Positions 17,025 through 25,997 of a DNA stretch of 38,532 nt are shown in pieces (within the stretch, counting starts at the first letter, position 1; each line of letters starts with the position of its first letter). Location of the stretch: NCBI GenBank assembly GCA_036000295.1, contig DASYFZ010000362.1, forward strand, positions 1 through 38,532. The letters are read 5' to 3'. Below the pieces are notes generated by a model that worked only from the letters and a program-made list of their open reading frames with translations, was not told where the DNA came from and did not search any database. The translations under genes were made by a program, and so were the position numbers. The DNA comes from Solirubrobacteraceae bacterium. GTDB lineage: Bacteria; Actinomycetota; Thermoleophilia; Solirubrobacterales; Solirubrobacteraceae.

Positions 17025-18100
17025 ACGACGACTGCCTCAAGCTGACGACCTACTTCGGCGAGCGCCACCGCACCGAAGACCAATTCGTCGCCGACGCGTT
17101 GCTCGATCTATACGGCCGCGAGGCGGTCCAGACCAGCGTGATGCTTCGCGGTGCGGAGGGGTTCGGGCTCAAGCACCACCTGCGCACCGACCGCCTGCTG
17201 ACGCTGTCGGAGGACCTGCCGCTCGTGTCGGTCGCGGTGGACACGCGCACCCGGATCGAGACGCTGCTCGACGAGGTGATGGCGATCAAGCGTCATGGGC
17301 TGATCACGCTCGAGCGCGCACGGATGCTCACCGGTGAGATCCAACCGGTGTCAATGCCCGAGGAGCTCAACGAGGCCACCAAGCTGACGATCTACTTGGG
17401 GCGTCAGGAGCGGATCAACGGGACGCCCGCGTTCGTTGCGATCTCCGACCTTCTCCACCGGCGTCGCCTGGCGGGCGCAACCGTGCTGCTCGGAGTCGAC
17501 GGCACCGCCCACGGCGTCCGCGAGCGGGCAAGATTCTTCGGGCGCAACGCCGACGTGCCGATGATGATCATCACGGTTGGCGCGGGCGAGCAGATCGCGG
17601 AGGTGCTGCCCGAGCTGGGCACGCTGCTCAGCCGCCCGCTCGTCACCCTCGAACGCGCCACGGTGTGCAAGATCGACGGTCGACTTCTGGCAGAGCCGAC
17701 GCCACTGCCGTCGAAGGACGAGCACGGTATGGCGGTATGGCAGAAGCTGATGGTCTACACCTCGGAACAGGCGCGACACGGCAATCGGCCGCTGCACGTC
17801 GCACTGATCCGTGCGCTGCGCGAGAGCGGGGCGGCCGGCGCGACCTGCCTGCGCGGAATCTGGGGCTTTCACGGCGAACACGCACCACACGGCGACCGGC
17901 TCCTGCAGCTCCGACGTCACGTCCCGATGGTCACGATCATCGTCGACAGCCCGGAGGGCATCGCAAGGTCATTCCGGATCGTTGACGAGGTCACCGACCG
18001 GGCAGGGCTGGTAACGAGCGAAATGGTGCCCGCTCTGGCCGCCGTTACCAACGACGGTGCCGCGCGCGGCGGGCTGCGGCTGGCTCGCCACCGCTTCTGA
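17021..18100 (+). CDS. DUF190 (PII-like) protein with three tandem domains
   Basis: Three repeats starting LKLTTYFGE, TKLTIYLGR and QKLMVYTSE, each with an RG..GF-like loop; LSEDLP motif; a usual crcB neighbour. Confidence 0.9.
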   Translation: MNDDCLKLTTYFGERHRTEDQFVADALLDLYGREAVQTSVMLRGAEGFGLKHHLRTDRLLTLSEDLPLVSVAVDTRTRIETLLDEVMAIKRHGLITLERARMLTGEIQPVSMPEELNEATKLTIYLGRQERINGTPAFVAISDLLHRRRLAGATVLLGVDGTAHGVRERARFFGRNADVPMMIITVGAGEQIAEVLPELGTLLSRPLVTLERATVCKIDGRLLAEPTPLPSKDEHGMAVWQKLMVYTSEQARHGNRPLHVALIRALRESGAAGATCLRGIWGFHGEHAPHGDRLLQLRRHVPMVTIIVDSPEGIARSFRIVDEVTDRAGLVTSEMVPALAAVTNDGAARGGLRLARHRF

Positions 18101-18122
18101 GCGGCCGGCGGTGAGCGTCACG

Positions 18123-19097
18123 CTAGCGGCCGAGCGGGGTCCGGCGGTCGCGGGCGGCGGTGATCGCCGCCACCACTGCCTCGGCCGAGTCGGCGAGCGT
18201 GATCAGATCCTCGAATGGCGGAAAAGCCTCGCGCGCACGGGCACGGGCGAGGTAAAAAGGCGAGCCCGGTTGCCCGTAAGTCTCGCTGTCCACGAAGACC
18301 ATCGCCATCTGATGCGCCGGCTGGGCGGAGGCGTTTTGGGAGAGGTCCTGGAAGATCTCCCGAAGCGTTCCGAAGTCGCCCTGGAAGTACGTCACGCCGG
18401 CGTCGGCGATGCTGAGCAGGCCGTCCTCCCGGACCGAGTTCTGAAAGAGCTTGGCGATGTCGGTGGCGAACTGGCTGATCGGTTCGTCGGCGAAGCGCCA
18501 GGTCGCGACGGCGAGGCTTGGCGCGCCGGCGGGCCGAGCCGCCGCGACGGCGCGTGCGCTGTCGATGTACTCGGCTTCGTGTCCGGCGTAGCTCGGCGAG
18601 CGTTTGAGCTCGTCGATGGCGGCGTGCAGATCCGCCTGCGGATACCCCGCGAAATAAGCGCCGAGGTTGCCCGCCTCCATGATCCCGAGCCCCCCACCGG
18701 TGGCGACGAGGAACCCGGCCTCGCTGAGCGCCTTCGCGGTCTCAGCGGCGAGTCGGTAGGCGGGAGCATCTCTGGGCGTCGAGGACCCACCCATGACGCC
18801 CGCGACGTGTCGCCCGGCGGCGACAGACGCCGCGACGTAGGCGCGCATGGCCTGGTCGACGCCCTGGTCGTGGACCACCTGAGCGATGGCTTCCACGACA
18901 TCCGCAGGCGGGACACCCGACGCCGCGACGTGAGCCGCAATGCGCGCATCGAGGCTCTGCATCGGCGCGTCTGACCGGTAGCCGGCCATGAGCTCGTCGA
19001 CCGTATAGAGGCTGTCGCGGCCGGCGGAGTAGAGCATGTCGTTGCCCAGCACGGCGGCAACTTCTTCGCGAGTCATCGATGGTGTGAGCTGGTCCAT
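18123..19097 (-). CDS. LOG-family (Rossmann-fold nucleotide-binding) protein
   Basis: GVMGGSS, ATGGGLGIMEAGNLGAY, AKLFQNSVREDGLL and GTLREIFQD. Confidence 0.82.
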   Translation of the reverse strand: MDQLTPSMTREEVAAVLGNDMLYSAGRDSLYTVDELMAGYRSDAPMQSLDARIAAHVAASGVPPADVVEAIAQVVHDQGVDQAMRAYVAASVAAGRHVAGVMGGSSTPRDAPAYRLAAETAKALSEAGFLVATGGGLGIMEAGNLGAYFAGYPQADLHAAIDELKRSPSYAGHEAEYIDSARAVAAARPAGAPSLAVATWRFADEPISQFATDIAKLFQNSVREDGLLSIADAGVTYFQGDFGTLREIFQDLSQNASAQPAHQMAMVFVDSETYGQPGSPFYLARARAREAFPPFEDLITLADSAEAVVAAITAARDRRTPLGR

Positions 19098-19136
19098 GGC
19101 ATCGTTCCCCGGCGCGGTGGCGCGGCGGCCGCGGCG

Positions 19137-19607
19137 TCAACCGGCCGATTCGCCGTCCCAGTAGTCGACTGCGTCGGCGAGCCGGAAGACGCCGCCGAGG
19201 GTGGAGAGCTTGCCGCTGTCCGGATATGCATATCCGCATGGCTCTCGCATCGTCGACAGGATCAGCACCCGCGCCACCGCGGCCGATTCGTTGATCAGCT
19301 GGTGGGCGCCGTCCGGACCCTCGGGAAACACGACCAAGTCGCCGACCTCGAGCTCATCGCGTCCCTCCGGGTGGCGCAGGGTCGGGGTGCCCGCGAGTAC
19401 GAGCAGGCACTCCTCGTTGCCGAGTTCGTAGTGATACGGGCTGCTGCGCTCGCCGGGATCGAGCTCGTAGACGGTGGCACCGAGCATCTCGCCCCCGAGC
19501 ATCGGCCGCAGCTGTCGGTAGCGGCTACGGAACCCAGGCGGCACGTCGGTTTCGGGCACGACGTCGACCGTCGCTGCGTTGACTATGGGCCGCGGTGCCG
19601 CGGTCAT
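19137..19607 (-). CDS. Cupin domain protein
   Basis: LGATVYELDPGERSSPYHYE..NEE..VLAGTPTLR...FPEGPDGAHQ...YPDSGK; ATGA coupling with the upstream cupin. Confidence 0.9.
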   Translation of the reverse strand: MTAAPRPIVNAATVDVVPETDVPPGFRSRYRQLRPMLGGEMLGATVYELDPGERSSPYHYELGNEECLLVLAGTPTLRHPEGRDELEVGDLVVFPEGPDGAHQLINESAAVARVLILSTMREPCGYAYPDSGKLSTLGGVFRLADAVDYWDGESAG

Positions 19608-20068
19608 TCGCCATCCCAGTAGCCGACGGCGTCGCCACGCCGGAAGTCGAGACGATCCGGGCCGCCGTCGGGCGGCCGCACGCCGAGCTTGTCGGAGTCC
19701 GGATACACGGACACCGAGGCCGTCCCGGTTGCAGCCACGCCGGAGAACATCACTACCCGCCCGGGCCCGCGGACCGCGTGGGCCCCGTCCGGGCCGCTCG
19801 GAAAGCAGACGAGATCCCCGGCGGCCAACACCCGCTCGCCGGCCGGGTCCCGCAGCGTCGGCGCGCCCGTGACGACGTACACCCACTCCTCAACCCCGTG
19901 GTGGTAGTGGAACGGGAACGTCCACTCGCCCTCGGGCAGCTCGTAGACGCTGGCACCAAACCACCGCAGATCGTGCTCGCGCCCCAACCAACGACGGCCG
20001 TGCCACGCGTAGCCGGGCCGGTCTTGGTGCACCGGAAGCTCGCCGGTCAGGATGTTGAAACGACGCAT
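19604..20068 (-). CDS. Cupin domain protein
   Basis: GASVYELPEGEWTFPFHYHHGVEEWVYVVTGAPTLR...FPSGPDGAH...YPDSDK; GGGAGG RBS. Confidence 0.9.
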   Translation of the reverse strand: MRRFNILTGELPVHQDRPGYAWHGRRWLGREHDLRWFGASVYELPEGEWTFPFHYHHGVEEWVYVVTGAPTLRDPAGERVLAAGDLVCFPSGPDGAHAVRGPGRVVMFSGVAATGTASVSVYPDSDKLGVRPPDGGPDRLDFRRGDAVGYWDGE

Positions 20069-20322
20069 CGAGCTTCATCCTCCCAGCATCGGTCGTCGGT
20101 CGGTGCGGAGAAGACGAACTCGCTGCAGCCCGTGGCTTTGAGAATCGTTCTGAATGGGGGTCGGAAGGCGCTGCGACCCACGGTCGGCCCCGACCGGCTC
20201 GATCCCACTGACGTGAAATCCCTCCGGAGCTCTGGCAAGGATCGCGCGGGCGCCTGACAACCCTCGGATAGGATCCGGCCAGCGGGGCCGTGACACTTGA
20301 ACCGCAGATCGGGGGCGAACGG

Positions 20323-20730
20323 GTGAGCAGCACACAGGATCGAGACGCCGAGATCCGGGCTCGGATCCAGCAGCACTGGGATGCCTCCGAGAGTGGCGAC
20401 GTCGAACTCGAGCACGAGATCTACGCCGCGGACGGGATCCTGGACTACCCGCAGTCCGGCGAGCGCTTCAGGGGCCGGGCGAAGATCCAGGCGCAACGCG
20501 GCGGGCACCCTGCCGAACGACATTTCACCGTCCGCCGGATCCTCGGCGGCGGGGACCTGTGGGTCAGCGAGTGCGTGATCACCTACGATGGCGCACCCAC
20601 TTACTCGGTCAGCATCATGGAGTTCGGTGACGGGCTCGTCACGCACGAGAGCCAGTACTTTGCGGACCCATTCAGCGCGCCGGCGTCGCGCGCTGCGCTG
20701 GCTGAGCCGATGCCCGCCGGCGATCAATAA
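20323..20730 (+). CDS. SnoaL-like/NTF2 family protein
   Basis: EHEIYAADGILDYPQSGERFRGR...SIMEF..G.VTHESQYFADPF. Confidence 0.88.
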   Translation: MSSTQDRDAEIRARIQQHWDASESGDVELEHEIYAADGILDYPQSGERFRGRAKIQAQRGGHPAERHFTVRRILGGGDLWVSECVITYDGAPTYSVSIMEFGDGLVTHESQYFADPFSAPASRAALAEPMPAGDQ

Positions 20731-20745
20731 GCCGCTTCGTGTCAG

Positions 20746-20928
20746 CTAGCTCGCGCGGCGGTAGGCGAGATGCACGACTCCGTTGTCGTACGTCTCGCTT
20801 TCGGACAGTGCGAACTTCGCGTGCAAGCCATCGCCGAACAGTCGCGAGCCCTCTCCGAGCGCGATCGGGTAGACGAAGAGGTGCAGTTCGTCGACAAGGC
20901 CGTCGGCCATCAGCGCGCGCGATGAACC
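20746..20928 (-). pseudogene. C-terminal remnant of a dihydrofolate reductase/RibD-C family gene
   Basis: RALMADGLVDELHLFVYPIALGEGSRLF...ETYDNGVVHLAY is the family C-terminus; about two-thirds of the protein is missing upstream. Confidence 0.8.
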
Positions 20929-21079
20929 GCATGCCGGCTGGCCACACCTGCTACGTGCTACTGCCCGAGCAGACAGAACGCGCCTAGGCCGCGAGTTACT
21001 GGTCTTCACACGCCGGTGACACGCGGCAGATCGCGGCCGCTAGGTTCTCCGGACCCGACTCAGAGAGGACCGGACAGAT

Positions 21080-21781
21080 ATGCCTGACTTGCCGAACATC
21101 GTGCTCGTACATGGGGCGTGGGCCGACGGCTCAAGCTGGAGTGCCGTGACCGAGCGACTCCAGGCCGAGGGCTACAACGTGACCGCGCCGCAGTTTCCGA
21201 TGAACGCGCTTGCGAACAACGTCGATCGGCTGCGGCTGGTGCTCGGCCGCCAGAACGGACCGACGGTCGTGGCCGGCCATTCGTACGGCGGTCAGATCAT
21301 GACCGCGCTCGGCACCGATGCGCCGAACGTGGTCGGTCTCGTCTACATCGCGGCGTTCGGGCTCGACGAGGGCGAGTCAATCGGGGCCCTGCTCCAACAG
21401 GGTCCGCCAACGCCGGCGCTGGCGCACCTGGACATCGACTCAGAGGGATTCGCCTGGCTGCCGGAGGACGACTTCGTCAACCACTTCGCCGCCGACGTCG
21501 ATCCGGTGCAGGCGAAGGTCATGTACGCGGTCCAGCAGCCCCTGCACGTGTCCGCCCTCAGCGACGTGATGGGAGTTCCGGCGTGGAAGTCGCTGCCGTC
21601 GTGGTATCTGGTGGCCGAGGGCGACCAGGCGATTCCGCCCGACGCGGAAAGGCAATTTGCCGCGCGCATGGGCGCAGACACCGTCGAGGTGGCGAGCAAT
21701 CACGTGGCGATGGTCTCGCACCCGGACGAGGCGGTGGAACGGATCACCGCCGCGGTCAACTCCGTAGCAGCCGCCGGCTGA
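21080..21781 (+). CDS. Alpha/beta hydrolase
   Basis: VLVHGAWADGSSW, nucleophile GHSYGG, DQAIPP and SNHVAM; AGAGAGGA RBS. Confidence 0.93.
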   Translation: MPDLPNIVLVHGAWADGSSWSAVTERLQAEGYNVTAPQFPMNALANNVDRLRLVLGRQNGPTVVAGHSYGGQIMTALGTDAPNVVGLVYIAAFGLDEGESIGALLQQGPPTPALAHLDIDSEGFAWLPEDDFVNHFAADVDPVQAKVMYAVQQPLHVSALSDVMGVPAWKSLPSWYLVAEGDQAIPPDAERQFAARMGADTVEVASNHVAMVSHPDEAVERITAAVNSVAAAG

Positions 21782-21796
21782 ACGGCGTCCCGCGGA

Positions 21797-22375
21797 TCAG
21801 CGCTTGGCCTCGAGCTCGGCGTAGCGCCTGGCGAATTCGTCGGCGGCCTTGTCAGGCGGCCATGCGGTGAGCTCGAGGTCGAGCGGCTCAACGTCGTCGA
21901 GCTCGGGCCAATGCCACGACTCGGCGCTGAACGTGCGCCGTTCCGTTGCAAGCAGAGCGCGGTCAACGCGCTTGATCTCCGGGACATCCGCCTTGATCTT
22001 GAACCGGTCGCGGATCACTGCCTCGAGTCCGGCCTCCGCCTCGCGGAATGATGCGCCGAGCTCGCTGCGGTGCTTGATCGGATGCGGCATGTCGCCCAGG
22101 TAGGCCTCGCTTGCGTCGTGCATGAGTGCGGCGAACACGTCCTCGACGTCGCCGCCGCGCTCCTCGACGACGCGCGACACGATCACGCAATGCTGAGCGA
22201 CGGAATAGAAAACCCGGCTGTGGCCGCCGAACCGGCACAGGTTGGCCAGCGCTCGCGCGATGTCGCGTTCGTCGAGTTGTGCGGGGTCAGGCTCGAACGG
22301 ATTGACCCAGCGCCCGGACACCGTCTGGATGTAGGGACCGGCAACGGGCGGCGCGTCGTCTGGGCGGGTAGTCAC
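21797..22375 (-). CDS. HD-domain phosphohydrolase (YfbR/YfdR-like 5'-deoxynucleotidase)
   Basis: IQTVSG, DIARALANLCRFGGH..FYSVAQH, LMHDASEAYLGD and D.ALLATE. Confidence 0.88.
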   Translation of the reverse strand: MTTRPDDAPPVAGPYIQTVSGRWVNPFEPDPAQLDERDIARALANLCRFGGHSRVFYSVAQHCVIVSRVVEERGGDVEDVFAALMHDASEAYLGDMPHPIKHRSELGASFREAEAGLEAVIRDRFKIKADVPEIKRVDRALLATERRTFSAESWHWPELDDVEPLDLELTAWPPDKAADEFARRYAELEAKR

Positions 22376-22433
22376 GTTCGCCAGGCTATCGCGGCCCCCG
22401 ATGCAGCCGACGGGCTACAGTCGTCTGAGTCCA

Positions 22434-23279
22434 GTGGCTGTCGCCTCTTCATCCGTTCGGCGCGATGAGCTGCGGGCGTTCCTGCGCTCGCGACGGGCGC
22501 GCCTGTCGCCGGCGGACGTCGGGCTTCCGGACAGCGGAGGGCGCCGCCGCACGCCCGGCCTCAGGCGCGAGGAGGTCGCCGCGCTCGCGGGGGTCGGAGT
22601 GTCCTGGTACACGTGGCTCGAGCAGGGCCGCGACATCAATCCGTCGCCGGAGGTTCTCGATGCGCTTGCTCGCGCGCTGCGGCTTGACCCCGCCGAGCGC
22701 AAGACACTGTTCGCCCTGGCGCGAACTGAGCTTCCGCTGGCCGACGACGTGGCCGGCGCCGACGGGGAAGAGCTCGGAGAAATCAGTCAGCTGACCGCGC
22801 TGGTCGAGTCGCTGAATCCGAATCCGGCGTATCTGCTTGGGCCGATGACGCGAATCCTCGCCTGGAACCGGGCGGCATCCGTCGTTCTCGGTTCGCCTGA
22901 TCACCTGCCTGCCGACCGGCGTTACCTGCTGTGGTTGCTGATGGTCGACCCTGGCCCTGAAGGAATGACCCCGCAGCGCGAGGCGACGGCTCGCAACACC
23001 CTGGCGCGATTTCGCGCCGAGTACGCGCGCCACGCCGGCGAGCCCGAGTACGAGCAGTTCCTGGCGCAGATCCGCGAGCACAGCGAGCTGTTCTCGGAGT
23101 GGTGGAACGAGCACGAGGTGATCGAGGCCCAGCGTGGGACCAAGGTCATCGAGCACCCGCGGCTCGGCATCCTGCGCCTGCATCACGCTCAGACCGTGCC
23201 GACGGGCCAGCCAGAGCTGAGGATGGCCGTCTACGCGCCGGCGGATGAGGCCACTCGCGCGGCGCTCGCGAGCCTGTAA
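22434..23279 (+). CDS. XRE-family HTH regulator with MmyB-like ligand-binding domain
   Basis: ELRAFLRSRRARLSPADVGL...RRTPGLRREEVAALAGVGVSWYTWLEQGR; PAY...ILAWN; start approximate. Confidence 0.93.
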   Translation: MAVASSSVRRDELRAFLRSRRARLSPADVGLPDSGGRRRTPGLRREEVAALAGVGVSWYTWLEQGRDINPSPEVLDALARALRLDPAERKTLFALARTELPLADDVAGADGEELGEISQLTALVESLNPNPAYLLGPMTRILAWNRAASVVLGSPDHLPADRRYLLWLLMVDPGPEGMTPQREATARNTLARFRAEYARHAGEPEYEQFLAQIREHSELFSEWWNEHEVIEAQRGTKVIEHPRLGILRLHHAQTVPTGQPELRMAVYAPADEATRAALASL

Positions 23280-23288
23280 CCCGTTAGC

Positions 23289-24182
23289 TCATTCGTGGGC
23301 GGCGGCGACCGGATCGCCCAGCTGCGTGGCGTTCTCGAGCTCGGCCAGGTCCTGCTCGTTGAGCTCAACGTCCGCCACCGCCATGTTCTGCTCGAGGTGC
23401 TCGACGGAGCTGGTGCCGGGAATCAACAGCATCCGCTCATAGCGGTAGAGCAGCCATGCGAGTGCGACCTGCGTGGGGCTGATTCCGCGCCGCTGCGCGA
23501 CCGCGGCGATGACCGGATCCTGGGCGAGCTGACGAGGGCCACCAGTGAATGCCGATCCGAGCGGGAAGTAGGGCACGAACGCGATCTCTCGCTCAATGCA
23601 CAACTCGAGCACATCCTCCCCGGAGCGGTTGACGACGCTGTAGGCGTTCTGGACCTCGGCGATGTCGACGAGCTCGAGCGCGCGGCGGACGGTCCCGGCT
23701 CCGGCCTCGCTGATGCCGATCAGGTCGAGTTTGCCTTCGCGCCGCAGATCCTCGAGCGTCCCGAGCTGCTCGGCCATGAGATCGCCGTCGGGCTCGGCGC
23801 TCATCAGGCGGAGGTTGACGAGGTCGATCCGCTCGACCTGCAGCGAGCGCAGGTTGTCTTCCACTCCGGAGCGCAGCTCGGCGGGGCTCTGCGCCGGCAG
23901 CCAGGCGCCGCTGTCGTCGCGGCGGCCGCCGACCTTGGTCACGAGCTTCAGGTCCTCCGGATACGGATGCAGGCTTTCGCGGATCAGGTCATTGACGACG
24001 TCCGGGCCGTAGTACTGAGCGGTGTCGATGTGGTCGACGCCGAGTTCGATCGCGCGGCGCAGCACGGCGCGGGCGCCGTCGGGATCGCGCGGTGGTCCAA
24101 ATACGCCGGGACCGGCGAGTTGCATTGCGCCGAAGCCGATGCGGTTGATGGGCTTGCTGCCGAGAAATGAGGTCTTGTTCAT
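23289..24182 (-). CDS. Aldo/keto reductase
   Basis: RIGFGAMQL, IDTAQYYG, LVTKVG, VQNAYS, PYFPLG and LIPGTSSVEHLEQN; alternative GTG start at 24188. Confidence 0.93.
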   Translation of the reverse strand: MNKTSFLGSKPINRIGFGAMQLAGPGVFGPPRDPDGARAVLRRAIELGVDHIDTAQYYGPDVVNDLIRESLHPYPEDLKLVTKVGGRRDDSGAWLPAQSPAELRSGVEDNLRSLQVERIDLVNLRLMSAEPDGDLMAEQLGTLEDLRREGKLDLIGISEAGAGTVRRALELVDIAEVQNAYSVVNRSGEDVLELCIEREIAFVPYFPLGSAFTGGPRQLAQDPVIAAVAQRRGISPTQVALAWLLYRYERMLLIPGTSSVEHLEQNMAVADVELNEQDLAELENATQLGDPVAAAHE

Positions 24183-24257
24183 TCCCACAGGTTGCCCCTC
24201 GCTTCGCGGCCTGACAAGAAGTCTGGTGATCCTGGGTGCGACACCACCAGCCTTGGC

Positions 24258-24492
24258 CTAGCGCCCGTCGTCACCTGCGATCAGCCGCGCCCCGCGCCGA
24301 TGCGTTGCGAAGCTGAACGACCACCGGATCAGCACCAGCAGCCGGTTCTCGAAGCCGATCAGATAGAAGAGGTGGACCGTCAGCCAGATTGCCAGCGGCT
24401 GGAACAGGTGGAAGTTGCGCCGGTCGATGAGCGTGACCTCGACCGGCATCCGGCGAAAGCTTCAGCGTGGCTTGCAGGCCCCCGAAGCCCCG
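24258..24492 (-). pseudogene. ndh: Type II NADH dehydrogenase remnant (frameshifted, most of the interior deleted)
   Basis: GFGGLQATLKL, then a +1 frameshift at AAA 24456-24458, then RRMPVEVTLIDRRNFHLFQPL joined directly to the C-terminal AIWLTVHLFYLIGFENRLLVLIRW...RGARLI. Confidence 0.85.
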
Positions 24493-25421
24493 AACGTCAC
24501 GGTCGTTCCCACCGCGCACTGCACGAAGGCGTCGGGCATCGTGCGGGCGACCTCATGGACCGCCCTCCAGCCCGAGCAATGCGCGGGCAGGACACGACCG
24601 ACGCCGGCGTCGCGCAACGCCTCAACCGTTGGCCCGATGCGTGCCTCGAACAACCCCCCGGTGAGATGCAGGCCACCAAGAAGACCCGCGATGCGTGCCT
24701 CCCCGGTGAGACGCTGGGCGTGACGCAGAACGTTGATCACGCCGGCGTGCGAGCAGCCGGAGACGATCACCAGGCCCTCGCCACGCACGTTGACGACGAG
24801 CGCCTGGTCGTCCCAGATCATCGGGTCGGGTTGCCAAGCGGCACCGTCGCGCGCCTCGTGGATCGGAAAGCCGGTTTCGAACTCGGTCACTCGCTCGACC
24901 TGCCCGGAGACGAGGACGGCGCCGTCGAGCAGGAGGCTTTGCGCGCGCTCCTCGACGACCTCGAGCCCCTCGGCTTCGAGGTCGTGCCGACTTGGCGGCG
25001 GCAGGCGGACTTCGCCGCCTGTCGGAAAGACGACTCTGCGTTCGCGCCACGCATCGGGGTGAATCACCAGCGGCAACCGCGAGCGGCCGCGACGGCGGAC
25101 CAGCCCCTCGAGGCCGCCGTGATGATCGGCGTGACCGTGCGAGACGACGATGGCACGCAAGTCACCCACGGGCACCTCGAGTACGTCGAGGTTGCCGGCC
25201 ACCGCGTGCGGAGTGAGGCCGGCGTCGTAGAGCACATCGTGCCGGACTCCGTCTCGCTCGACGCTGACCAGCGCGGAGAATCCGTGCTCGGCCACCAGAT
25301 GCGCAGCCGCACCGAAGTCTCGCGCCTGATAGCGGACGACGCCCTTCTGGCCTGCCATCAGCAGGTCGAGGTAGTTGTCGATCACGACCGTCACCTCGAC
25401 GCGATCAACCGGCGCGAGCAC
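24462..25421 (-). CDS. MBL-fold metallo-hydrolase (7,8-dihydropterin-6-yl-methyl-RFA-P synthase-like family)
   Basis: AEHGFSALV, LYDAG, SHGHADHHGG, DDQAL, SGCSHAGVIN, GGLHL and PAHCSG; the 3' end runs into the ndh remnant. Confidence 0.88.
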   Translation of the reverse strand: MLAPVDRVEVTVVIDNYLDLLMAGQKGVVRYQARDFGAAAHLVAEHGFSALVSVERDGVRHDVLYDAGLTPHAVAGNLDVLEVPVGDLRAIVVSHGHADHHGGLEGLVRRRGRSRLPLVIHPDAWRERRVVFPTGGEVRLPPPSRHDLEAEGLEVVEERAQSLLLDGAVLVSGQVERVTEFETGFPIHEARDGAAWQPDPMIWDDQALVVNVRGEGLVIVSGCSHAGVINVLRHAQRLTGEARIAGLLGGLHLTGGLFEARIGPTVEALRDAGVGRVLPAHCSGWRAVHEVARTMPDAFVQCAVGTTVTFGASGACKPR

Positions 25422-25541
25422 GCTCTGATCCTACGTCAGCGCCCTCGCCTGGGCCTGACCGATCTGCTGTCACACGACGGCGTCGTCTTGCGTCATGCTC
25501 GGTAGACCGGAGTGACCGTTCGATGCGACAGGAGGTGTCCG

Positions 25542-25997
25542 ATGGGTGTGATCGTCGCCAGCACGGAGGTCAAGCGACCCGCGGCGGAGGCGTTCGCCTA
25601 CGTCACGGATCCGGCCAAGATGTCCGAGTGGCAGCAGGGTTGCGTGACTGGTCACCTGGACGGCGCGCCGACCCGCGTCGGGTCCAAGTGCATAACCGTC
25701 CGTCGGATTGGCGGCCGTGAGCGCGAGGTGGTCACCGAGATCACCGAGTACGACCCGCCGAACCGCTGGGCCGACCGGGGCATCAGCGGGCCGATCCGGG
25801 CCAAGGTCGCGGTCACGGTCGAGCCTCTCGGCGACGGCTCGCGGTCGCGAGTCACGATCGAGTTGGACTTCACCGGGCACGGGATTGGAAGGCTGCTCGT
25901 TCCGCTTGTCGTGCGCCGGCAGGCCGCCGGCGAGATGCCGGACAACATGAAGCGGCTCACGCAACGACTCCAGGACGGTCGCTCGCGCGACGTCTAG
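25542..25997 (+). CDS. SRPBCC (START-like) family protein
   Basis: EVKRPAAEAFAYVTDP...EWQ...EITEYDPP; AGGAGG RBS before ATG 25542. Confidence 0.88.
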   Translation: MGVIVASTEVKRPAAEAFAYVTDPAKMSEWQQGCVTGHLDGAPTRVGSKCITVRRIGGREREVVTEITEYDPPNRWADRGISGPIRAKVAVTVEPLGDGSRSRVTIELDFTGHGIGRLLVPLVVRRQAAGEMPDNMKRLTQRLQDGRSRDV

